From positions 99,559,822 through 99,623,821 of the forward strand of contig NC_057718.1 of the NCBI RefSeq assembly GCF_004010195.1: 64,000 nucleotides of DNA. Reading direction: 5' to 3'. Both the position numbers and the translations under genes were made by a program. Each line of letters opens with the position of its first letter. Positions within the stretch are counted from its first letter, which is position 1. This stretch comes from Chiloscyllium plagiosum (taxonomy: Eukaryota). Positions 50,691-60,609 of this stretch are shown one piece after another. Below the pieces are notes generated by a model. The model had not been told where the DNA came from, made no database searches, and worked only from the letters and a program-made list of their open reading frames with translations.

Positions 50691-51199
50691 TTTACACTAT
50701 TGTACCAGTGTGAGGGTTTTAACGGGTTAGTGCTGAGGGTCAAATTAAGCATAGTCCATGATGATCATGTTATATGGGCTTGGTGGGAAACCAGCAAACA
50801 CATGACAGGCTGAACGTCCTCCATTAGTCTGTAACCATTCCATTATCGCATTCTATTTTATCTTTCTTCATCAATATCTTCATCGACCTTTGCCAAAGTA
50901 AAAATCATGTCAATCTGTAGGATTACCACTTAGTCATCAACATTTTGATAATCCCTCCCTCTAATTTAAACTACCTATAACTTCTCCAAGATTGGTCCAC
51001 TTTTCCAATGGGATTTGGTTTTTGTATTGCTGTAGGATGTACAATTTCCTTGCAAATTATGAAGTATTTGAACTCATGTCATTTCTCACAGTTCCATTAA
51101 ACTCAATTCAATTGGAGTTTGGTTTGTTTTGCAGTTAATGTGGATTAGATACCTTTTGGACACCAATGAGGTTCAGCCGAAAATAGCACACCATAAAAT

Positions 51200-51765
51200 A
51201 ACATAAATGCGAGGTGCTGCATTTTGGGAAAGCAAATCTTAGCAGGACTTATACACTCAATGGTAAGGTCCTAGGGAGTGTGTTCAGAAAAGATTTACAA
51301 GGATGTTTCCAGGGTTGGAGGATTTGAGCTATAGGGAGAGGCTGAACAGGCTGGGGCTGTTTTCCCTGGAGCGTTGGACACTGAGGGGTGACCTTATAGA
51401 GATTTATAAAATCATGAGGGGGTATGGAAAGGGTAAATAGACAAGGTATTTTCCCTGGGGTGGGAAAGTCCAGAACTAGAGGGCATAAGTTTAGGGTGAG
51501 AGGGGAAAGATATAAAAGAGACATAAGGGGCAAATTTTTCACACAGAGGGTGATGAGTGTGTGGAATGGGCTACCAGAGGAAGTGGTGGAGGCTGGTACA
51601 ATTACAGCATTTAAAAGGCATCTGGATAGGTATATCAATAGGAAGGATTTGGAGGGATAAGGGTCAGGTGCTGGCAGGTGGGACTAGATTGGGTTGGGAT
51701 ATCTGGTCAGCATGGACGGGTTGGACCACAGGGTCTGTTTCCGTGCTGTACATCTCTATGACTCT
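51200..51765 (+). mobile_element. CR1 3' fragment with an internal deletion
   Basis: KCEVLHFGK...; RTRGHKFRVRGER...FFTQRV..VWNGLP. Confidence 0.9.
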
Positions 51766-52449
51766 AAATGCACCAAACATTAGGTGAAGGGCACTACCTC
51801 CAGTATCACTGTTACATATGCAAAACCCTCTGTTTTTCTCTCCACTAATGAATCTGCTCAGACTTGGTACAGCTGACAAGTTGCCAATCACTTGCTTTGT
51901 AAAGCTTTAGTTTAGCTTCTTCACATCTGCCAAAGGTTCGGCAACTGAAGTCAAGTGTGTGTGGCACTGCTGCTCACCTGATCTCTACCCCTGAGGTAAG
52001 CTGGAGCTGACACAAGCCCTTTAAAGCAAAACCCTTACAGACAAATCTATCCCATCAGGCTGATCCGGATAAAAGCCCACCCGGATTTCGAAGGTATCAG
52101 GTGATTGTCTAACTCGCCTATACCAGTCTGCTTGCTTGCATGTTTAACTAACATCTAAAACGTATTCCCAATCTTGTGGCCATCATGCCTTTGTCGCGCT
52201 GTTGGGATTGCAACTGTCTCGTGCCTGAATGTAATGGAGAAATTAGTTGGTAATGGTAAGATTCAGTTACATACACTTAGTGATAGGAGGGTCTTGTAGT
52301 GTACTGATAAAGCCTGGACCCCCGGTCAAAAGCTCCAAGTTGAATACCCACCCCAGAACTGGACAGACACCGAGGTGTATTTGGAACAATGACCCAAACA
52401 GGTTAAACATCAACCTGCAATTCCTTCTGCCACCACTAGTGACAGATAA

Positions 52450-53070
52450 AGTCATAGAGATGTACGGCACAGAAACAGACCCTTTGGTCCAACTCATCCA
52501 TGCTGACCAGATATCCTAAATTCACCTAGCTCCATTTGCGAGCATTTGGCCCATATTCCTCTAAACCCTTCCTATTCAAATATCCATCCAGATGCCTTTT
52601 AAATGTTGTAATCATACCAGCCTCCACCAGGTCCTCTGGCAGCTTATTCCATACACACACCACCCACTCTGTGAAAATGTTGCCCCTCTGGTCCCTTTCA
52701 AATCTTTCCCCTCTCACCCTAAACGTATGCCCTCCAGTTTTGGACTCCTCTACTGTGGGGAAATGACCTTGTCTATTCAATCTAATCATGCGCCTCATGA
52801 TTTCATAAGCCTCTGCAAGGTCACTCCTCAGCCTCTGACCCTCCAGAGAAAACAGCCCCAGCCTCTTCAACCTCTCCCTATAACTCAAATCCTCCAACTT
52901 GGCAACATCCTTGTAAATCCTTTCAGAACTCTTTCAAGTTTCACAACATCCTTCTGATAGGTAGGAGACCAGAATTGCACGCAATATTCCAAAAGTGGCC
53001 TAACCAATGCGCTGTACAGCTACAATATGATATCCAAATCCTATACACAGTGTACTGACAATAAAGGCAA
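52450..53070 (-). mobile_element. CR1 3' fragment
   Basis: EDLSYRERLKRLGLFSLE...WNKLPEDLVEAG. Confidence 0.9.
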
Positions 53071-53689
53071 GTGTACCATTTGGGAAGAACGGGAGACATT
53101 GTGTAAAAGAACTTTGAAGCCTTTATTATTGCCTGTGAAAAATATACATCACCGCAGAAACTCCCTGAAAGAACGACGCTTTGGAGGTGCCAGTGTTGGA
53201 CTGGGATGGACAAAGTTAAAAAACACACAAGACTACGTTATAGTCCAACAGATTTATTTGGAAGGGTCCAATGATGTGTAAGTTTGGTGCATTAATCAGG
53301 GGTGAACATAAAGTAATAGAGTAAGGGAATAGGTCTGGGTGGGTTACTCTTCGGAGGGTCAGTGTGGGCTTTTGAGGGTAAATGACCTGTTTCCACACTG
53401 TAGGGATTCTATCATTTGATGATGCACTGGCTTCCAACTATGGCACACCAGCCCCACTTTCAATTAGATTGGTCTTTCCGGCCTCCCAACACTTACTGCA
53501 ACAGTTGGTGTTCCCAAGACATGTTTAAGGATGTGGGAATTGATGGTAGATTTAAAGTGATTCAAGCGTGTGAGCTTTTTCATTTCACTTTTAACATTAA
53601 TGCTACCACTAAAATCATTTTTATATCAAATTAAAATCTTTTTAACTTGCTGCTGCCTATTGTGCTGTGGTGTGTATGTACCTTTAAGG

Positions 53690-53892
53690 GCACTTCTCAT
53701 GATGCTGCCTGGTTTGCTGTGTACCCCCAGCTTCCTGATACTGCCTGCCTTGCTGTGTCCCCCAGCCTCCTGATGCTGCCTGCCTTGCTGTGTTCCCCCA
53801 GCCTCCTGATGCTGCCTGGTTTACTGTGATCTTCCAGCCTCTTGCCTGACTACTTTGGATTCCAGCATGTGCAGTTTTTTTGTCTTGAACTC
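53690..53892 (+). mobile_element. Penelope-related unit with 4x ~34-bp internal tandem repeat and a 13-bp TSD
   Basis: tgtacctttaagg at 53677-53689 and 53893-53905; unit tgatgctgcctgccttgctgtgttcccccagcctcc. Confidence 0.7.
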
Positions 53893-55292
53893 TGTACCTT
53901 TAAGGAAGCATGTCTCAAACTGCTGTCAGTCACTGCCATCTCGACAGATTGTAATGGATTAGTTCCATGACTTATAGTCAGTCTGCAAAGGCACTAGTAG
54001 AGATCAAACATACCATCTACTATTTCCCAATGAACCCAAGTTATAGATAGCCTTATCTTCAAACGAAGGACACTCATTACTGTTTTACCAATCTTGTCAT
54101 GTGATTGGCACATTCATGTCAAAGACAAGAATATAACATTGCCAGTAACATTAGGCTGGTTTTCTGGTCTCACTGTGTTTCCTACCTCTCTCATTACCAG
54201 AACACTTGGCCCATATCCTTCTAAACCTTTCCTATCCATATATTTGTCCAAATGCCTTTTAAATGTTGGTCATGTACCCGCTTCAGCCACTTCCTCTGGC
54301 AGCTCATTGCATACATGTACCACCCTCTGTGTTAAAAGGCTGCCCCTCAGACTCCCTTTTATCTTTCCCCTCTAACCTTGCCCTGCCGGCCCAAGTGCGT
54401 TGGGACTTTTTAGCTGTTGAGTCACCGAACCCTTTACTTAGAACTGCTTTTGAAGTGGGGGACTTGGGGTTCCCTGCAACAGTTTGTGTGTGATGTTAGA
54501 ATGGGTCCTTGCTACCTCAAACATTTCATTCTCAAATCACAAGGGCCTCCCCAAAACCATAAGCGTTCTGTGAGTGGAACTCAGTCCCTCAGTAAATGAG
54601 TTCCTAGTAAAGTAGCAGAGCCTTGAACTGATGGATGAAGCCCGTTTGGTTTTGTAAGGAGTATAACAGATGCTTAAGGAAGTCCCTTATATCTAAACCA
54701 TAAATGCGCTAAATATTCCCTCAGTCTGACAGAGGATGTGTGATTGAAAGGTTACAATATCTTTGTCTTCCATCTGTCTATTTTTCTGCACTCATCTCCC
54801 CCTCCCCCATACCCCATTTTCCTTTCTACCTCTCTCTTTCTCATTCTCTTCCTCCTCCTAATACCAAGTACTGATCCCTTCTCCTTTTCTTTGTCTCTTC
54901 TACTTCCATTCCTGACCCTGCACCTTCTTGACTCGCCCTCATTTGCCTTTGTTCCAAATGCCTAAAGTTGTCCTTTTTTACGTACTCACTCATCGCCCTT
55001 TCAGCATCTGACTTCAACACTGACACACACATTGCTACTCAGTCCTCCCACTCCCCGAATCCCTGTCGCTTCCTGTCACTGTGATGCTCGTCTGCGTCTG
55101 CAATGTCACATCTACCCAGCCTTCACTCCCAGCAAACCTAGCAGCACCCTCTCCCATGGTCTGCTAGTTCAAGCTAACACTGTCTCTGTGGAAAAAAGGA
55201 GGGATTTTGTGAACACCTCATTTCTCTTGATCCCTAAAATAGGAAGAATGGAAATTGTTCAACATCAACTGAGGGGAAGAGATATTTATTAA

Positions 55293-55712
55293 TGTCTCTC
55301 TCTCACACACACACTTTTTCTCTCCCTTTCTGAATTCCTCACTTTCATTTGCACTTTCTGCTTTGCTCTCTCTCACTTGTTCTCTCTGCCTTGTTTGCTT
55401 GTTTTCATTAATTTTATCTCTCTCTTGCTCTTTCTCTCACTCCATCTCTGATTTGTTCTCTTTGTTTTGCTCACTGTTTAATGGTCACACTATTTCTTGC
55501 TCACTCGCTCTATTGATCCCTCTCACTTGCTCAATAGGTCTATCTCACTTGTTCACTCTCTGTCTCCTGCTCGCTGACTTCTTCATTCGTTCACTCTCCC
55601 CTCCTCCAGCTTGCTCTCTCTTTCTCTCTCACACACACACACACATTCTCTCTCTTGCTTGCTCACTCCCTTGCTCTTTCACATTCTCTTTCGCTGTTTC
55701 CCTTTTCCCCCG
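55293..55712. repeat. CT-rich low-complexity / decayed microsatellite
   Basis: Extended pyrimidine-rich (ctc/ctt/ca)n tract. Confidence 0.85.
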
Positions 55713-57053
55713 CTGCACTGTGCCCATGTTAGAGTCAGGTACAGAGCTGGGTCTAGATTAAGGTAAGAAAAATGCTGGGAACACTCAGCAGGTCAGTGAT
55801 GAGAGAAACAGAGCTAATGAACACTTCAGGTCATGAATTTGCACTGGAACACCACTGGAGCGGCTGTCCTGACCTGAAACATAAAAATCACAGCAGGTCA
55901 GGCGCATCTGTGGAGAGAGAGCAAGCTAACATTGCAGGTCTATCATGACTGCCAAAATATCAGCGTCCAAAGCTTTTACTTCTGGAGACTTGAGGTAACC
56001 AATATGGCTCTCTTTGGAAAAACTCAATGTCCTTACACTTCCGAAGTTGGGAATGCACTTTGTAGGAACACCAGAAAAAGTCAAACAAGGCATCAAAGAG
56101 ACACACTGTGGCTTTGCAGGAGCGATGTTCACAGTCTCCTTACTCACTATAAACAACTTATCAAATAAAGAGGGATGGAGTACGCTGAGACGGTAAACAC
56201 TTCCAATTTCCAAGCTGTCCAATATTCCCTTTTGAATAAGACACTACAAAAATATTTCTAAACTTGTCACCAAGCTAAATCTGAAATGTAGCTGCAGTGT
56301 TAAATACATAATGATAAAGATATTCACCAAAGTGCTAACAAGGAAGTTGTATTTTGTTAGTTAGGGAAACGGGGAGGATCAACACTGCAGAACTACAGAA
56401 ACATGGATGGAGAGAACAAAGTTTCTTCAACGTCACTACAGCAACGAGAGGTCTTATTTATATGTTTGCAGGATGCAGGTTGTGAGTTAATGCCCATCCC
56501 TAATTGCCCCTGGGAAGGTAAGATGCCTTCTTGGACTGCTGTAGTCAAAGTAGCATAGGGTCACCCAGTTAAGAATGGAGTTGTGGGTTTGGGTCCCAAT
56601 CAATCAGACATAATCTTACTGCATGGAAGAGCAAGCTTGAGGGGCTGAATGGCCTTCGCCTGCTCCTAATTTGCATAACTGTACATTATTATGCACTGTG
56701 TGGGAAGATTTCAATAGGGCCAGGGGAAAGATATGAAGGCCATTTTTACAAATATGTGTCTTGTAGTGGATAGGGCATTTGTTGCACAGTGATAATGTTC
56801 ATATCTCTAGCCTTAGAGGTATGAGTTCAAATTCTACTAGCATCAGAGATCTCTGAATAGGTTGCTTAGGCAAATAGCTATGGTCTGTAGTGGGAACTTG
56901 GCCACCAGGAGAGTATGTTGGGAAACACTGGGAACACCCTATGTGATGTTTCATCCAATAATGCTGTCCCAGTTTCCAAAGGGACATTGCAATACCAATG
57001 TGACTCACCAAAACCTCTTGACTCGGTTTTAACCTCAACATGTCAGCCTTTGA

Positions 57054-57377
57054 AGGGTGGCATGGTGGCTCAAGTGGTTAACAATGCTGCCTCATAGTGC
57101 TTAGGAACCTGGGTTCAATTCCACCCTCAGGTGACTGCCAATGCAGAGTTTGCATATTCTCCCCATTATCTGCATGGGCTTTTTCTGGTTCACTCCCAGA
57201 GTGTAGAGATGTACAGGTTAGGTGGATTGGCCATACTGATGTGTGCAGGCTAGGTGGATTAGTCATGGGAAATGCAGGGATAGGGGAGGGTGTTGGCTCT
57301 GGGTGAGATGCTGTTTGGGGGGCTGGAGTGCACTTGATAGGCTGAATGGCCTGCTTCCGCACTGTCGGGATTCTATG
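57054..57377 (+). mobile_element. HE1-type V-SINE (older copy)
   Basis: Degenerate head and V-domain. Confidence 0.8.
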
Positions 57378-58384
57378 TTAATGACAGAAGTTCAGCAGAG
57401 AGTTCCCAGTCTGATCTCCAGAGTAATGAGACTCACAGATGGGACGGGGGGGCGGGTGAACTGTTTTGCAAAATTAGATTGAAAAGAGAACAGTTAGCAA
57501 AGCCTCCTGCTTGAACATATCGTTACTGAAACAATTTTCTGTGCAAACTGGTTGTGTCGATGCAAGGCTCCTGGTGAGCCAAGACTTTTGCCAGTGACTT
57601 GCTGCATAATCATGAGCCACTAATTGTCTGGTCTTAAGCCAACAATAATATATCAAAACTAAATTGAAATGCAGTAATAGGCAGGTGGGAAGTGGTGAAA
57701 CATGATGATTTGTGAATACTTGGCATCTTGTGTTCCAATCAACTTTATTTACAACTGAAAATCTTTTGGTGATTAAAGGTACATGACGGGGAATCAAATC
57801 AAAAACACATTTTGACCTGTTAAATCTCTATTAACTCAGTAAAAGCATATATTTAATGCAAGTTTACTCTCAATGTAACACAGAGGCAGCTGTTTTTATT
57901 TGGAAACTGCAATAAGGAGTAATGTGTACCTGGAAGAAATTAGAATAACTGATTAGATCAAGCTATTTGATATTATCAGGAGCAATACTGGAGTGGCTTA
58001 TTCCTGTCAGCCCCAGTGTTAAATCAGAGCATCAAATCACCCCTTCATCAACATTGCATTCGAATAAATGTACAGATATAGAAAATTAATTTTAAGTTAG
58101 CACAGGGTATTTTAATGGAAATCACCAAACCACACTACAAATGATAGAGGTTTCAGCAGCTTATTGACATGTGTCTACTGAGAAATTATTTCCGTTCTGA
58201 CAACAAAATGATCGTTTCATCCTTCTGCAAGCTGGTCCTGTCCTGTCCGATCCTACTTAGAAAGCTCACCTTGGCCTCAAGGTAACTCTGTTTCTGAGAG
58301 GAATTCTTCACCTTGTTCGGGATATGACCATTTTCCCAGTCTGAGGGCAGTAGGCAATAAAACTGGGCTCTCCTAGTTACAGGA

Positions 58385-58669
58385 TCATAGAATCCCTACA
58401 GTGTGGAAGCAGGCCATTCGGCCCATGCTGACTCTTCATAGAGTATCCCACCTGCCAACCTATCCCTACAACCCTGCAGTTCCCATGGCCAATCCACCCC
58501 AAGCTCAACGTCTTTGAACAGTGGGAGGAAGCTGGAGCACCCGGAGGGAACACACGCAGACACAGGACAACGTGTAAAATCCACACAGGTAGTCACCCGA
58601 GGCTGGAATTGAACCCAAGTCCAGAGTGCTGTGAGGCAGCAGTGCTAACCACTGAGCCACTGTGCTGCC
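58385..58669 (-). mobile_element. HE1-type V-SINE
   Basis: HE1 reverse complement. Confidence 0.85.
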
Positions 58670-58832
58670 AATTGCAGAGTAGCATTGACAGTTGAATTCT
58701 CCCTGGCTCGAACTGGGTGGCATGTAAAGGGTTGCTGTGTGGTTGTTAACTGTTTAGTTGTCAGGGTGACTGATGCCTCTGTTCCTGATCAGATTAAAGC
58801 CCTTCAGTATGTTAATCCCCTAATACCACATG

Positions 58833-59029
58833 TTTGAATGGACCTCTCCAATGTTAATGTCAATCTCCCTCTCTCTGCACCATCTCTACAGCTGTAACAC
58901 TATATTTCGCTCTCTGTTCTGAGACACTGACGCACTTTGTATTGTACAATCTTATACAGCACGCTAAACAACACTTCTCACTGTATCTCGGTAGGTGTGA
59001 CAACAATAAATCAAATCAAATCAAATCAA
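58833..59029 (+). mobile_element. Rex1/Babar-type 3'UTR fragment
   Basis: tgaatggacctctc ... cactgtatctcggta ... aataaa(tcaaa)n; similar to 17510-17721. Confidence 0.65.
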
Positions 59030-59207
59030 ACCCTAACCCTACTCTGAACCCTAAAGCTAATCTTAACCTTAATCCTAACTGTGGCCCTATTCCAAACTGT
59101 AATGTTGATCCTAACCCTAATCCTTATCCTAACCCCAATCCTAATCCTAGCCCTAAACTTCATCCTAATCCTGACCCTAATCCTTATCCTAACCCTAACC
59201 CTAATCC
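59029..59207 (+). repeat. Degenerate telomere-like hexamer array (CCTAAC/CCTAAT)n
   Basis: ~30 hexamers including aaccctaaccct and cctaaccctaaccctaa. Confidence 0.9.
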
Positions 59208-59238
59208 TGATGAAGGGCTTTTGCCCGAAACGTCGATT
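59203..59238 (+). ncRNA. Putative minimal type I hammerhead ribozyme motif
   Basis: aauc-CUGAUGA-a-GGGC-uuuu-GCCC-GAAA-CGUC-gauu; 4-bp stem I; ACGU palindrome; GUC triplet. Confidence 0.65.
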
Positions 59239-59386
59239 TTGCCTGTCCTCGGATGCTGCCTGAATTGCTGTGCTCTTCCAGCACCACTGATCCAGAATCT
59301 GGTTTCCAGCATCTGCAGTCATTGTTTTTACCTTCCTCTCTCCACATCATTCTCCCTGTTCTTGGCTTGCACACCAGCTGGATAGT

Positions 59387-59725
59387 GGGAGGAGGCATTA
59401 GCCTAGTGGTATTATTGCTAGACTGTTAATCCAGTCAATGTCCTGTGGACCCAGGTTCGAATCCTGTCATGGCAGACGGTATAATTTGAACTCCGTTAAA
59501 TATGGAGTTCGGAGTCAAATGATGACCATGAATCCAATGTCAATTGTTGGAAAAACCCATCAGGCTCATTAATGTCCTTTAGGGAAGGAAATCTGCCACA
59601 CTTCCCCGGTCTGGCCTGCATGTGGCTCCAGACCCACAACAATGTGACTGACCCTTAACAATTAGGGATGGGCAATAAATGACCTGGCCAGTGATTCCCT
59701 CATCCCAGGAATGACTAAACAAAAG
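59387..59725 (+). mobile_element. Second tRNA-derived SINE family
   Basis: ggaggcattagcctagtgg A box, ggttcgaatcc B box, gggatgggcaataaatg tail. Confidence 0.8.
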
Positions 59726-59850
59726 TCTCACCCTGACAGCTGCCTCTGAGGGAGCTGGATCAGTGTGTGTGTGCGTGCAAGGACTCTCCTCCTTGACTGT
59801 GTCTGAGAGGAAGGGGACTGTCTTTGGACCAGCTGCCCCACATTCTGAGA

Positions 59851-59976
59851 AGTGTGAAGAAGGGCTCATGCCTGAAACGTCGATTCTCCTGCTCCTTGGA
59901 CGCTGCCTGACCTGCTGCACTTTTCCAGCAACACATTTTCAGCTCTGATCTCCATCATCTGAAGTCCTCACTTTCT
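59851..59976 (+). mobile_element. Penelope-like family A unit with a 13-bp TSD
   Basis: ccacattctgaga at 59838-59850 and 59977-59989. Confidence 0.85.
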
Positions 59977-59985
59977 CCACATTCT

Positions 59986-60125
59986 GAGAGGAAGGAAGAA
60001 AGAAAGAAGGAAGAGGAAGAGGAAGAAGGAGGAGGAGGAGGGAGAAGAGGAAGGAGGAGGAAGCAGAGGCAGAAGGAGATGGGAGCTTTGAGTAAAAAAG
60101 AAAAGAAAAACAAATAAAACAAAAG
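59986..60125. repeat. Purine-rich (GAA/GGA)n and A-rich tract
   Basis: gaggaagaggaagaagga... directly visible. Confidence 0.9.
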
Positions 60126-60194
60126 TCCCAGGATCAACAGCTCAACGGCAGGGATCCCATCCTGCTATCCCGATCTGAAGTTCCAATCACACTT

Positions 60195-60545
60195 CTCATT
60201 ACAGTACTCAGTCCAAAACCTCCACATGGTCACTTCACTAAACTACCTCAGCTCTCAATCTCCCTTCACTGTAAAACTCTCTTCAAGTCCTTTCTTAGAT
60301 GCTCCTCATCTCTATAGCCTCCTTCAACCCCACACCTCTCGAAGGACTCTGTACTCCATAACTCTGTCCTCTTGCTCCTTTCCAATTTTAAACTCTCCAG
60401 CTATTGGGGGCCATGATTTTAGCAGCCTGACTCATACGTTAATGAATTCCCTCCTCTAAACCTGTCCATCTCTCCCTCTCTTCAGTTAACTTGCACCTTA
60501 ATGCCACCTCTTTGACCAGGTTTGTCGTCATTCTCTCTTAATAGT
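60195..60545 (+). mobile_element. Old L2-like LINE 3' fragment
   Basis: attgggggccatgattttagc ... gaattccctcctctaaacc ... acctctttgacca. Confidence 0.5.
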
Positions 60546-60609
60546 TTCTTATGGAGTTAAATTGAATTCATCCAATATGCTCACTTTGTGTCTGTCTTTT
60601 CCAATGTGG

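Noticed and set aside
55363..55761. Hydrophobic Leu/Ser-rich ORF resembling a membrane protein
   Set aside because: Product of CT-rich low-complexity DNA
58942..59385. Asn-Pro repeat protein ORF (and the Ile-Arg-Val antisense ORF)
   Set aside because: Translation of the hexamer array plus a Penelope terminus
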